Positions 1-9,506 of a stretch of DNA of 35,134 bases are shown here, piece by piece. Under the pieces are notes generated by a model. It had not been told where the DNA came from. It did not search any database and worked only from the letters and a program-made list of their open reading frames with translations. Source of the DNA: Minisyncoccota bacterium (GTDB lineage: Bacteria; Patescibacteriota; Minisyncoccia; Phycocordibacterales; Phycocordibacteraceae); NCBI GenBank assembly GCA_041657665.1, contig JBBABN010000005.1, positions 1 through 35,134 of the forward strand, given 5' to 3'. Every line of letters begins with the position of its first letter. The first letter of the stretch is position 1. The position numbers were made by a program, and so were the translations under genes.

Positions 1-588
1 ACCGTTGGCACCTTTAATTACCCAATGCTGATGGCGGCTGACATTCTGCTCTACGACGCCGCGATTGTACCGGTCGGTGCTGACCAGAAACAGCACATCG
101 AATATGCACGCGACACCGCGGAGAAGTTTAATAGAATATTTAAAGAAGAAATATTTAAACTCCCCGAGCCGTACATTATGCCAGAGGTCGCCGTCGTTCC
201 CGGCACCGACGGACAGAAGATGAGTAAGAGTTACGGAAATGTCATCCCGCTCTTTGCTTCGCGCGACGAACTCGTCAAAGCAGTGATGGGTATCGTGACT
301 GACTCGAGCGGGGGACGACCAGAAAATGTCTACGCGATTCATAAACTCGTACGGAGCGAGCAAGAGCTCGAAGCGATCTACGAAGAGAATCGCGGCAACT
401 ATAAAATGTTGAAAGAAATGCTTATCGAAGACCTCGATCACTATCTCGCGCCGATGCGTGCGAAGTATGAAGAACTGAAGAACGATTCGAGCATCGTCGA
501 CGAAGTGCTTCTGCGAGGGAAGCAGGAAGCGCGCGCCGTAAGCGAAGCGAAGATGGAGAAAGTTCGAAAAGCTATTGGCGTATCATAA
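1..588 (+). CDS. trpS: Tryptophanyl-tRNA synthetase, C-terminal part (5' end lies outside the window)
   Basis: Frame 1 is open from base 1 (TVGTFNYPMLMAADILLY...). VPVGADQKQH and the KMSKS loop (GQKMSKSYGN) are typical of TrpRS. TAA at 586-588. Confidence 0.9.
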   Translation, partial: TVGTFNYPMLMAADILLYDAAIVPVGADQKQHIEYARDTAEKFNRIFKEEIFKLPEPYIMPEVAVVPGTDGQKMSKSYGNVIPLFASRDELVKAVMGIVTDSSGGRPENVYAIHKLVRSEQELEAIYEENRGNYKMLKEMLIEDLDHYLAPMRAKYEELKNDSSIVDEVLLRGKQEARAVSEAKMEKVRKAIGVS

Positions 589-595
589 TATTTCT

Positions 596-1948
596 ATGGA
601 ACGAACTACTATTGTCGGGCTTGGGAGCAAAATCGGAGAAACCGTCAGCGTTTCTGGCTGGGTAGATGTTCGTCGCGATCACGGGAAGCTTATATTCCTC
701 GATATTCGCGACCGCTCGGGGAAGGTACAAGTGATCTGCTTGCCAGATCATCCTGAGGCGTTAGCCGAGGGACAAGAGTTGAGACCAGAATCAATTATCT
801 CGATTGAAGGCGTCATAAACGAACGCCCTGAAAAGATGCGCACCGAAGGCACGAATGGCAACATCGAGCTCGAAGCAATCTCGATAACGATTCTTGCGCA
901 AGCACAGGAATTGCCATTTCCAAAAGATGAAGAAGTGAATCTCGATACCTATCTCGACAATCTGCCACTCACGCTTCGCTCCGAACGCGCCCGCGCCATC
1001 TTCAAGGTACAAGCAGAAATCGCAAACGCCTATCGAGGTTTCCTCGGCATCGAGGGCTTCACCGAATTCCAAGCGCCGAAGCTTATCGGCGACGACGCCG
1101 AAGGCGGGGCAGATGTCTTCTCCGTGCCTTATTTTAACGGTAAGACCGCACACCTCGGCACTTCGCCACAACTCTATAAGCAGATAATGGTCGGTGTTCT
1201 CGAACGCGTCTTCACTATCGGTAATGTCTATCGAGCCGAAAAGCATTCGACGACGCGCCACATTAACGAATACACCTCGATGGATATGGAGATGGGATTC
1301 ATCAATGACCATCGCGACATTATGAGTCTCGAAACGCGCCTCTTGCACGCGATTATGACGCAACTTCAGATGAACTGTGCAGAAGAATTTAAACTGCTCG
1401 GCGCGACCCTACCAAACACTCCAGAAGAATTTCCCGCGATGAAACTTCGCGAGGCGTTGGAACTTATTTATACAGAAACCGGACGCGATAACCGCAACGA
1501 ACCCGATCTCGAACCAGAGGATGAACGCTGGCTCTCTGAATGGGCAGCCAAAGAGAAGGGAAGCGACTTCATTTTCATCACGCATTATCCCGTTTCTAAA
1601 CGACCGTTTTATGCATATGAAGATGATGAGGATCCCGGCTATACCAAGAGTTTCGACCTCCTCTTCCGCGGTGTCGAGATAACGACCGGCGGTCAGCGCC
1701 GGCACGACTACGACAACCTTGTCGCGGGAATCAAGATGAAAGGCCTCGACCCCGAGAAGTTCTCATATTATCTACAAGCATTCAAATATGGTATGCCGCC
1801 GCACGGCGGATGGGGTATGGGTCTCGAACGCTTGACGCAAAAGATGCTCGGACTCGCGAATGTGAAAGAAGCAACACTCTTCCCACGCGATATTAATCGT
1901 ATCGACATACTCCTCTCCACCAATGCAAACGACGCTCCCGAAAACTAA
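596..1948 (+). CDS. aspS: Aspartyl-tRNA synthetase, short archaeal-type form
   Basis: The track ORF starts at TTG 575, but the first ATG (596) lies 8 nt after the trpS stop. N-terminal OB-fold region, then class II motifs (NVYRAEKHSTTRH, GGWGMGLERL, FPRDINRI). About 450 aa, as in archaeal-type AspRS. TAA stop. Confidence 0.9.
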   Translation: MERTTIVGLGSKIGETVSVSGWVDVRRDHGKLIFLDIRDRSGKVQVICLPDHPEALAEGQELRPESIISIEGVINERPEKMRTEGTNGNIELEAISITILAQAQELPFPKDEEVNLDTYLDNLPLTLRSERARAIFKVQAEIANAYRGFLGIEGFTEFQAPKLIGDDAEGGADVFSVPYFNGKTAHLGTSPQLYKQIMVGVLERVFTIGNVYRAEKHSTTRHINEYTSMDMEMGFINDHRDIMSLETRLLHAIMTQLQMNCAEEFKLLGATLPNTPEEFPAMKLREALELIYTETGRDNRNEPDLEPEDERWLSEWAAKEKGSDFIFITHYPVSKRPFYAYEDDEDPGYTKSFDLLFRGVEITTGGQRRHDYDNLVAGIKMKGLDPEKFSYYLQAFKYGMPPHGGWGMGLERLTQKMLGLANVKEATLFPRDINRIDILLSTNANDAPEN

Positions 1949-2666
1949 TTTCACTATCCAGACGGAGGCCTATCAGGGACCGTTCGAGCTTTTGCTCGAC
2001 CTTATCGAAGCGAGGAAGCTTCTGGTGAATGATCTCGCGCTCGCCTCGATTACTGAAGATTTTATTCAGCATGTGCGCGCACAAGAAGCGTTCCCCGTAG
2101 AAGAAACCGCGAATTTTATCCAAATCGCAGCAACGCTCCTTCTTATAAAATCGAAGTCACTCATCCCCGACCTGATGCTCTCTGAAGAAGAGAGTACGGA
2201 TGTTGAAGATTTGAAACGACGGCTCGCCGCATACGAGAAAGTACGCGAAGCATCACGCGAGCTCGCACGCATCTTCGGCAAAATGGTGATGCTGCCGGCG
2301 GGAGAGCGTCTCCCCGAACCATTTTTTGCACCATCGCGCGACCTCTCTACTACTGCGCTCGCCGAAGCGATGGCGCGTATCCTCGCCGCGCGAGAAGTCG
2401 TCGAAGAACTCCCCGAAGCGCGCGTGAAGCCGCTCGTTACTATCGAAGAGATGATGGACCAACTCGCGAAACGCGTACAAAGCGCAATGACACTTTCTTT
2501 TAGAGATTTTCATGGGGGAACAAAAGAAAAAGTTGAAGTGATTGTTTCTTTTCTCGCCCTTCTTGAGCTGGTGAAGCAGGGTGCCGTCGCAGCCGAACAG
2601 TATGATATCCACGGCGACATCCGCATCAGCCACACCGCTTCTTCAGCCGTCCCGCGGTACGGATAA
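1923..2666 (+). CDS. scpA: Segregation and condensation protein A (kleisin)
   Basis: YQGPFELLLDLIEARKLLVNDLALASITEDF is the typical ScpA N-terminus, and a winged-helix-like C-terminus follows (VIVSFLALLELVKQG). Overlaps the aspS 3' end by 26 nt. Confidence 0.9.
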   Translation: MQTTLPKTNFTIQTEAYQGPFELLLDLIEARKLLVNDLALASITEDFIQHVRAQEAFPVEETANFIQIAATLLLIKSKSLIPDLMLSEEESTDVEDLKRRLAAYEKVREASRELARIFGKMVMLPAGERLPEPFFAPSRDLSTTALAEAMARILAAREVVEELPEARVKPLVTIEEMMDQLAKRVQSAMTLSFRDFHGGTKEKVEVIVSFLALLELVKQGAVAAEQYDIHGDIRISHTASSAVPRYG

Positions 2667-2674
2667 GTAATGCA

Positions 2675-2734
2675 TTCGACAGTGCGATGATGCATTTGTT
2701 CTCGACAGAATGATGATGCATCAGCTATTTTGTG
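2675..2734. repeat. Two tandem imperfect copies of a TCGACAG-N-GATGATGCAT unit; the second copy (2693-2734) matches the scpB upstream region at 4752-4793
   Basis: TTCGACAGTGCGATGATGCAT (2675-2695) and CTCGACAGAATGATGATGCATCAG (2701-2724). The latter matches CTCGACAGTATGACGGTGCGTCAG (4760-4783) at 20/24 positions, with further flanking similarity. Confidence 0.55.
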
Positions 2735-2737
2735 TGT

Positions 2738-4696
2738 TTATTCGCAAGAGTATGTGTACGCACCATCATCGTAATTAAAAAGTGCTCGTGCGTCACCAAA
2801 ATGGTCGTGCGAGCCAAGGACGACTGTGTAAATAAATCCTCCGCATGGACCATCGGTAAGAAGTGCAATATTCTTTTGTGCGAGTGTTTTTTCGCCCGTT
2901 TTACCACCACGGATCACGTATGGTAGACCGCTCTCGGCAAGCAAATCATTGGTTGTGGTAATTGTAGCGATATCAGCACCTCCCCAGTCTTTCAATACAT
3001 GAGTTTGTTCTAGCGTGAGGGCGAGTGTACTTGGAGTTTTCTCTGCGACTGCATGCAAAAGCCGATAGACATCATAGGGTGAAGATCTATTGATTGCACT
3101 GTTTGCCGAGATTGGATCAATACCAATTGGATTAAAAAATTCAGTATCCGAGAGACCAAGTGCAATTGCTTTCGTATTCATCGCAGTGACGAAGCCAGGG
3201 CCTGCGGCCTCCGCGATTGCTGCAGCTACTTCATTATGCGAGCTAATCAACATCGCCGCGAGAGCTTCGCGAAATGATAAATATTCGCCAACATGATAGA
3301 TACCCGAAGCACCTTTTACTGCGAGTGCGGTTGGAGCAAGAATGATTGGCGCGTCAAAAGCAAGACGATCAAAACCTACGAGAGTCGTCATAAGCTTAGT
3401 GATACTCGCAATCGGGAGAGCAGCGTTTTCATTTTTCTTCGCGAGTATATATTCGATTCCATCCTTGCTCACATAAACAGAAATGAAAGCGAGCGCGGAG
3501 AGATTTGGCGGAGTCGACGAACTTGTGAGAAGTGGGGTATTCACCGTCTCGGTCAATGTAGTGTGAAAGAGTGTATCTGAAGAAACCCAAACATCATTCT
3601 CCCAGCGCCAACTATCGCCATCGACACCCATACCTCCGAAGACATAAAGTCTATTATTGAAGAGTACCCCCGCATAATCCTCTCGACCAGTCCAAGAAGG
3701 ATCAACGACCGTTTTTTGCCACGAAATACCGTTAGAGCTATACCAGATGTCGTTTGGGCCATATCCGTCTGCCTTATCATTCAGACGACCAATAATCCAG
3801 AGAAGGTCGTGGAATGCGATTAGTTGACCTCCTTGGCGGTCCATCCATGGTGCGTGAGTGACGATTTTTGTCCAATTAACGCCATCATCGGTGACCCATA
3901 CATCGTTGAAAGTTTGCATAGTGAGATCCATGCCGCTTGCGAGGTATATTTTGCCATTGAATACTTCAGTGTCATGATCCCAACGCGGATTCCAATCCGC
4001 CGACGATGTTGCAAGCACCCAGTTGGTGCCGTTGTCAGAATACCAAACATCGTTCAATGCTTCGTGTTTATCGTAACTAACGCCACCGATTATCCAAAGC
4101 TTGTCATTGAAAACTTCAACCGTCTGTCCTTCGCGCGGAACAAATGCCGCATGCGAGACGACCTTGGTCCAAGTGATACCATCATCCGATTGCCATATAT
4201 CGCTTTGTAATCCGTCTTTTGGACTATACCCGCCAATCATCCAGAGCTTGCCATGGAATTCGATGACCGACATTGAACGCCGCGGCGACCATTCGGCATG
4301 TGCGGCTTCTTCTACCCAGTTCGCACCATCAGTCGTCGACCATATATCATTAAAATGTTCTGCGTCCCAGTAGCGTTCAACACCGTTCGCATCGACATGT
4401 CCATTGCCGTTCAGCCCGCCCATCATAAATATTTTGTCGTGCCAAACAAAAGTGCTTTGCGAGTCGCGAGCTTCCCAGGGAGCTGATGTAGTGACAGCAG
4501 TCCATGTGAGCATAGAGGGATCAAAGACTGACAAAGGTGCTGGAGTATCTCTCTGCGATATGGCAGGGTCAGACCAATGGGTGAAGAGCGATGAAACGAT
4601 GGTTGGATAACGGAACAATGCGAGTGCCAGTAAGGAAATGACCACGCAAAAAATAAGAACCATCCTCTTGTACCAAGAGATAGAGTATGCGGTCAT
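2738..4696 (-). CDS. Membrane-anchored fusion protein: six-bladed Kelch-like beta-propeller plus C-terminal S11 D-alanyl-D-alanine carboxypeptidase domain
   Basis: N-terminal TM helix (MVLIFCVVISLLALALF). Six ~48-aa repeats each carry ...GG...ND(I/V)W.S.DG..W... The C-terminal domain has SxxK (SITK), SxN (SHN) and KTG (GGKTGEK). TAA stop. Confidence 0.8.
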   Translation of the reverse strand: MTAYSISWYKRMVLIFCVVISLLALALFRYPTIVSSLFTHWSDPAISQRDTPAPLSVFDPSMLTWTAVTTSAPWEARDSQSTFVWHDKIFMMGGLNGNGHVDANGVERYWDAEHFNDIWSTTDGANWVEEAAHAEWSPRRSMSVIEFHGKLWMIGGYSPKDGLQSDIWQSDDGITWTKVVSHAAFVPREGQTVEVFNDKLWIIGGVSYDKHEALNDVWYSDNGTNWVLATSSADWNPRWDHDTEVFNGKIYLASGMDLTMQTFNDVWVTDDGVNWTKIVTHAPWMDRQGGQLIAFHDLLWIIGRLNDKADGYGPNDIWYSSNGISWQKTVVDPSWTGREDYAGVLFNNRLYVFGGMGVDGDSWRWENDVWVSSDTLFHTTLTETVNTPLLTSSSTPPNLSALAFISVYVSKDGIEYILAKKNENAALPIASITKLMTTLVGFDRLAFDAPIILAPTALAVKGASGIYHVGEYLSFREALAAMLISSHNEVAAAIAEAAGPGFVTAMNTKAIALGLSDTEFFNPIGIDPISANSAINRSSPYDVYRLLHAVAEKTPSTLALTLEQTHVLKDWGGADIATITTTNDLLAESGLPYVIRGGKTGEKTLAQKNIALLTDGPCGGFIYTVVLGSHDHFGDARALFNYDDGAYTYSCE

Positions 4697-4751
4697 AACG
4701 TATTGTCCATAATTCTTTTCTAGAGTAACACGAAGACCAATTACGAAGATG

Positions 4752-4796
4752 TATTTATCCTCGACAGTATGACGGTGCGTCAGTTATGATAGAGGA
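4752..4796 (+). promoter_or_regulatory. Putative scpB promoter, probably leaderless (TCGACA-N18-TATGAT-N6-ATG); also the right-hand copy of the repeat at 2693-2734
   Basis: TCGACA at 4761-4766 and TATGAT at 4785-4790, with ATG at 4797 six nt downstream. No usable Shine-Dalgarno spacing. Confidence 0.35.
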
Positions 4797-5333
4797 ATGT
4801 TGACGCCTCCTGCAGCGGTACAAGCCCTTCTTTTCGCCTCCGGCGAACCACTTGAGAAAAAACAGATCGCGTCGCTTCTCGAGATGAAAGAGGAGGAGCT
4901 TGCTGTGGTGCTTCGAGCACTCACTGGCTTGTTAAAGGGAAGTGGTCTTACCCTTATCGAGACCACTGATGAAGTTGAGTTGCGTACTGCTCCTGAAGCA
5001 TCGATTGTTTTGAAAAAATTATACGAGAGCGAGCTCGCACGCGACCTCGGGAAAGCGAGTATGGAAACACTTGCAGTCATCGCCTATAAATCAGGTGCGA
5101 CGCGTGGCGAGGTGGACTGGGTGCGTGGCGTTAATTCCTCAGCCTCGCTCCGTACGCTTCTAATGCGGGGTCTCATAGAAGGGAAGGAGGATGAACGCGA
5201 TAAACGACGCATGCGCTACACCATAACAACTGAAGCGCTCGCACACCTCGGCCTTGCACGGATTACAGACCTTCCGCGGTATAGTGAACTAACAGTCACT
5301 GCACAAGCTATGAATAAAGAAGAACCTGTATGA
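4797..5333 (+). CDS. scpB: Segregation and condensation protein B
   Basis: AVQALLFASGEPL..., ETLAVIAYKSGATRGEVDWVRGV and SLRTLLMRGLI are typical ScpB tandem winged-helix sequences. TGA overlaps the next ATG (ATGA). Confidence 0.9.
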   Translation: MLTPPAAVQALLFASGEPLEKKQIASLLEMKEEELAVVLRALTGLLKGSGLTLIETTDEVELRTAPEASIVLKKLYESELARDLGKASMETLAVIAYKSGATRGEVDWVRGVNSSASLRTLLMRGLIEGKEDERDKRRMRYTITTEALAHLGLARITDLPRYSELTVTAQAMNKEEPV

Positions 5334-6274
5334 ACATCGCCGACCTACAACATCTCGCCAAACGCACACGCTCTATGCGTGAAGCCAGTACAGCACTCCT
5401 CTTTTCTTTCAGTATTCTTGCATTATTTTTCTTCATGCCGATATCTAAAATCGCCACACCTACTACGCCAACTGGTGTTTTATCACCGGTACCCGACGCA
5501 TTTGCACATATTCCTCTCGAAGCAAAAGCAGCTATTGTGTACGATCTTGTAACAGGGGAAACATTGTATGGGAAAAATGCTGACGACCAGCTTCCGCTCG
5601 CTTCACTCACAAAACTCTTGACGGTCTACGCTGCACTCAGCAAACTCTCTCCAAATACGCCTATCACTATCTCTGATTCCGCTACTCAGCTTGGTGCACC
5701 GCACGCTTTCTCTACCGGACAAACATTCGCTCTTGATGATCTTGCTCGGTTAACACTTACCGCTTCTCTGAATGATGGCGCTACCGCCATCGCTGAAGCA
5801 ACCGCTGCTCTCGAGGGAAATTCTCAAAATGAGATGCTTGCTGGAGCGGCCGCAGCACTTGAACTTTCTCAGACTTATGCGGTAAATGGTAGCGGCCTTG
5901 ATGTAAACGGATCAGTTGCTGGCGGCTACGGCTCAGCATACGATCTTGCCCGCCTTTCCGGCGCATTCGTTGCACAATCACCAACAATAGCAGCAGCGAC
6001 AACTGAACACTCAGCACAAGCTATCTCAAAAGAAGGAAAGTCTTTCAGTGTTATAAATACTGACCCTATGATTAATACTATTCCACACCTCCTTCTCTCG
6101 AAGACCGGCTATACCGACCTTGCTGGTGGGAATCTAGTACTCGTTTTTGATAGCGGCATCGGACATCCAATTGCGGTCGTTGTTCTTGGGTCTTCTCAGA
6201 AAGCCCGCTTCACTGACGGTTCGACTCTTGTTGCTGCCACCCTCGCGCACTTCGCGGGCGTTGCCTCTCTATGA
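5330..6274 (+). CDS. D-alanyl-D-alanine carboxypeptidase (peptidase S11), membrane anchored
   Basis: N-terminal TM helix, SxxK (ASLTKLLT), SxN (SLN) and KTG (SKTGYT). ATGA overlaps at both ends. Confidence 0.85.
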   Translation: MNIADLQHLAKRTRSMREASTALLFSFSILALFFFMPISKIATPTTPTGVLSPVPDAFAHIPLEAKAAIVYDLVTGETLYGKNADDQLPLASLTKLLTVYAALSKLSPNTPITISDSATQLGAPHAFSTGQTFALDDLARLTLTASLNDGATAIAEATAALEGNSQNEMLAGAAAALELSQTYAVNGSGLDVNGSVAGGYGSAYDLARLSGAFVAQSPTIAAATTEHSAQAISKEGKSFSVINTDPMINTIPHLLLSKTGYTDLAGGNLVLVFDSGIGHPIAVVVLGSSQKARFTDGSTLVAATLAHFAGVASL

Positions 6275-7353
6275 TTAGTACTGCCGCACGTGTATTAATA
6301 CCTTCAGCGACTGCATTCGCTTTCGGTATTGTTTTTGCTCCTCTCCTTGCGGGTATTCTATATCGTGCAAAAGCATGGAAGAAAAAAGCTGGAAAAGGGA
6401 AGGGTATTGGTGGCGGACAAACGCCAATTTTTGACGAGCTCCATAAAGAACGCGAGGTCTCGACTCCTCGTATGGGCGGTATCCTGATTTGGGCTTCAGT
6501 ACTCGCGACCGCATTTCTTTTCTGGATTATTGCCCGTTCATTTGATTCGTTCTGGCCGTCATTGGATTTTGTGAATCGTCGCGAGACCTGGCTTCCTATC
6601 TTTGCTCTTGCTGCAGGAGCATTCGCAGGACTGATTGATGATTTTCTCGAGATAACAAAAGGGGAAGGAGGTCTCTCGCTTGCGCGACGACTCTCTATTG
6701 TCGGTATTATCGGGCTTGTTGCTGGCTGGTGGTTCTACGCGAAGCTTGGTGTTACAGCGATCGGCATTCCTTTTGGGACGCCACTTTTTCTCGGCTGGTT
6801 CATCATTCCGTTCTTCGCTTTAGTTACGCTCGCTATCTATGCAGGCGGCACTATCGATGGGCTCGACGGGCTTGCGGGCGGCGTCTTCGCAATTATTTTT
6901 ATGGTGTATGCCGGTATTGCTTTCGGCGAAGGACAGATAGCACTCGCCGCCTGTTCTGCCACCATCGCGAGCGCGACACTCGCTTTCCTCTGGTTTAATA
7001 TTCCCCCAGCACGCTTCTATATGTCCGAGACTGGCAGTATGGCGCTCACACTCGCACTCGCGATGATTGCCTTCTCGTCTGATACACTCGCCGAGGGTGT
7101 TGGTGTATTTGTCCTACCACTCGTCGCACTTCCGCTGACCGCGACCGTTCTCACGACACTTCTTCAAGTGTTTTGGAAAAAAGTATTCCATAGAAAATTA
7201 TTCCTCGTTGCACCTATTCATCATCATTTTGAAGCGATCGGTTGGCCCGCAGCAAAAGTGACTATGAGGTATTGGGTCATTACCATTATCGCTGGTGTTA
7301 TCGGCCTTTCTATCGCACTTCTTGCACGCCTGCCCGGCCCAGGATTGTTATGA
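6271..7353 (+). CDS. mraY: Phospho-N-acetylmuramoyl-pentapeptide transferase
   Basis: Polytopic membrane protein with DGLDGLAGG and the APIHHHFE signature. Confidence 0.95.
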   Translation: MISTAARVLIPSATAFAFGIVFAPLLAGILYRAKAWKKKAGKGKGIGGGQTPIFDELHKEREVSTPRMGGILIWASVLATAFLFWIIARSFDSFWPSLDFVNRRETWLPIFALAAGAFAGLIDDFLEITKGEGGLSLARRLSIVGIIGLVAGWWFYAKLGVTAIGIPFGTPLFLGWFIIPFFALVTLAIYAGGTIDGLDGLAGGVFAIIFMVYAGIAFGEGQIALAACSATIASATLAFLWFNIPPARFYMSETGSMALTLALAMIAFSSDTLAEGVGVFVLPLVALPLTATVLTTLLQVFWKKVFHRKLFLVAPIHHHFEAIGWPAAKVTMRYWVITIIAGVIGLSIALLARLPGPGLL

Positions 7354-8447
7354 AGTTCGTTTCTGGTGATCGTATCTTTTTCCTTTTAACACTCACTATT
7401 GCACTCGCAGGGCTTGCGATTTTTTCTTCAGCAGCGCTTGGCCTCCTCGCTCGCGAAAGCAGTTCATTATCAAAAAATATTATGCTCCAAAGCGGTCTCG
7501 GTCTTGGACTCGGTTTTCTCGCACTCTTTGCAGCACGCGCCGTACCATTCGTATGGATAAAACGGTGGGCGCCCTATATCTACGCAGTAACACTTATTTT
7601 CACAGCTCTTGTCTTCGTGCCAGGTATCGGATTCCATTCGGGTGGTGCGACTCGATGGATTAATCTCGGCTTCACAACTGTACAGCCAGCAGAATTCTTA
7701 AAGATTGGTTTTGTCATCATACTTGCGTGGTGGCTCGCTCCAAGAGCGAGACAACTTAATAATCCGAAAAAAGGACTGATTCCTTTCTTGATTATTCTTG
7801 CTTTACCAACACTTCTACTCCTTGCTCAACCAAACACGTCAACAACTATTCTCTTTATTATCACCGGCACGGTTATGTACTTTGTGACAGGAGCGCCATG
7901 GAGGGATTTTGGAATTCTTTTCCTTATTGCAGTCGTAACACTTGGCTCAATTATTGTTATCCGACCATATGTACTCACCCGTATTGAAACGTTCCTTAAT
8001 CCTTCGGCAAATGCGCTCGGAAGCGGGTATCAAATCCAACAATCGCTTATTGCTATTGGTTCTGGAGGCCTCTCAGGTAGGGGATTCGGTCAAAGTGTAG
8101 AAAAGTTTAACTATCTACCCGAACCCGATGGTGACTCAGTCTTCGCTGTCTTCGCTGAAGAAACAGGATTTATTGGAGCAGTCATTCTCCTTGCACTTTT
8201 TGTCGCTCTTGCCGCACGCGGCATTGTTATAGCAGGGAACTCACACGATCTTTTCGGAGGACTTATCGCGCTTGGATTTTCTTTTATGATTATTGTGCAG
8301 GCATTTATTAATATCTGCGCTATGCTCGGCATCATTCCATTAACTGGATTACCTTTGCCGTTCATTTCTCATGGCGGAACAGCGCTTATGGCGACACTTA
8401 TTATGTGCGGACTCATTTTAAACGCAGCCGCACATCGAAAAACATAA
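7350..8447 (+). CDS. ftsW: SEDS-family peptidoglycan polymerase (FtsW/RodA; FtsW by context)
   Basis: The track ORF starts at 7242 inside mraY. ATG 7350 forms an ATGA overlap with the mraY stop and yields MKFVSGDRIFFLL... Typical SEDS features include IQPAEFLK-like (VQPAEFLKIG) and PEPDGDSVFAV (a PExHTDFIF-like region). Confidence 0.9.
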   Translation: MKFVSGDRIFFLLTLTIALAGLAIFSSAALGLLARESSSLSKNIMLQSGLGLGLGFLALFAARAVPFVWIKRWAPYIYAVTLIFTALVFVPGIGFHSGGATRWINLGFTTVQPAEFLKIGFVIILAWWLAPRARQLNNPKKGLIPFLIILALPTLLLLAQPNTSTTILFIITGTVMYFVTGAPWRDFGILFLIAVVTLGSIIVIRPYVLTRIETFLNPSANALGSGYQIQQSLIAIGSGGLSGRGFGQSVEKFNYLPEPDGDSVFAVFAEETGFIGAVILLALFVALAARGIVIAGNSHDLFGGLIALGFSFMIIVQAFINICAMLGIIPLTGLPLPFISHGGTALMATLIMCGLILNAAAHRKT

Positions 8448-8465
8448 CTGCGCTATACTTATTTT

Positions 8466-9506
8466 ATGACCATCGCATTTACAGGAGGCGGCACCGGAGG
8501 ACATTTTTATCCCATCATTGCTATCGCCGAAGCGCTTTCGGATATCGTCCGTGAAGAACATCTTATCGAGCCCAAGCTCTACTATCTCGCACCAAGCCCT
8601 TTTGACGAAAAAGCACTTTTCGAAAACGGCATTACCTATATCCACGTACCTGCGGGAAAAATGCGTCGTTATTTCTCACTTCAAAATATCACTGATGCTT
8701 TTGTTACTTTTGCCGGTGTTGTGCGCGCCACGATAACTCTGTTCCATATATATCCAGACGTTCTTGTGAGCAAGGGTGGGTATGCAAGTGTTCCTACCGT
8801 ACTTGCTGCGCGTCTCTTAGGTATTCCGATTATCATTCACGAATCAGACGCGAAGCCTGGTCGCGCGAATATGCTCGCTGCAAAATTCGCCACGAAAATC
8901 GCGATTTCATTTGAAAGTGCTGCTGACTATTTCCCTAAAAAAGCACAGAACAAAATCGCGCGTACGGGCATACCAATTCGCAAAGCACTTATGCGCACCG
9001 AGAGAGAAGGGGCCCAACAGTTTCTCGAGTTGGAGCAGGGTATTCCAACACTGTTTATTCTTGGTGGCTCGCAGGGTTCAGTGAGAATAAACGAGGTGAT
9101 ACTCTCAGCTCTCCCAACACTTGTTTCTTTTGCTAATGTTATCCATCAGACTGGACAAGCAAATTTCAAAAATGTTGAATCGGTTTCGAAAGTTATTCTT
9201 GCACACGATCCTCATGCAAACCGTTATCATCCACTCAACTATCTTTCTGAAATGTCATTACAGCGTGCTGCTGGTATTGCCGACATTGTTATCTCACGCG
9301 CTGGAGCAAACAGCATTGCCGAAATTGGTTTATGGAAGAAACCCGCTATCCTCATTCCCATTCCCGAATCTATAAGTCATGATCAACGAACCAATGCGTA
9401 CGCCTTTGCCAAAACAGGTGCGGCTATTGTTATTGAAGAAAAGAATCTGACACCTAATCTTATTGCTTCGGAAGTAAAACGCATCATAAGTGACCCTGAA
9501 CTCTAG
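8466..9506 (+). CDS. murG: UDP-GlcNAc:lipid I N-acetylglucosaminyltransferase MurG, ending at an apparently premature TAG
   Basis: GGGTGGHFYP G-loop, HESDAKPG and GGSQGS. The ORF ends at TAG 9504-9506, but the same frame stays open to 9605 (see next feature). Confidence 0.9.
   Translation: MTIAFTGGGTGGHFYPIIAIAEALSDIVREEHLIEPKLYYLAPSPFDEKALFENGITYIHVPAGKMRRYFSLQNITDAFVTFAGVVRATITLFHIYPDVLVSKGGYASVPTVLAARLLGIPIIIHESDAKPGRANMLAAKFATKIAISFESAADYFPKKAQNKIARTGIPIRKALMRTEREGAQQFLELEQGIPTLFILGGSQGSVRINEVILSALPTLVSFANVIHQTGQANFKNVESVSKVILAHDPHANRYHPLNYLSEMSLQRAAGIADIVISRAGANSIAEIGLWKKPAILIPIPESISHDQRTNAYAFAKTGAAIVIEEKNLTPNLIASEVKRIISDPEL

Noticed and set aside
2667-2737. Three ATGCAT (NsiI-type) palindromes in the scpA-downstream spacer as a possible terminator or restriction-related feature.
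   Set aside because: The possible stems (AATGCAT/ATGCATT) are short and AT-rich with no following T-run. The pattern is better explained as part of the tandem or direct repeat described above.
7242-7349. 5' extensions of track ORFs, namely ftsW from 7242, LOG to 13494, rsmH to 30450, mraZ to 30775, cysS from 16837, corA from 15888, the S41 protease to 15913, and the 24147 and 29525 starts.
   Set aside because: The extensions overlap the upstream gene, a tRNA or a terminator hairpin, and add non-homologous residues. Internal ATGs give canonical N-termini (for example MFLGEY for MraZ) and ATGA or short-gap junctions.
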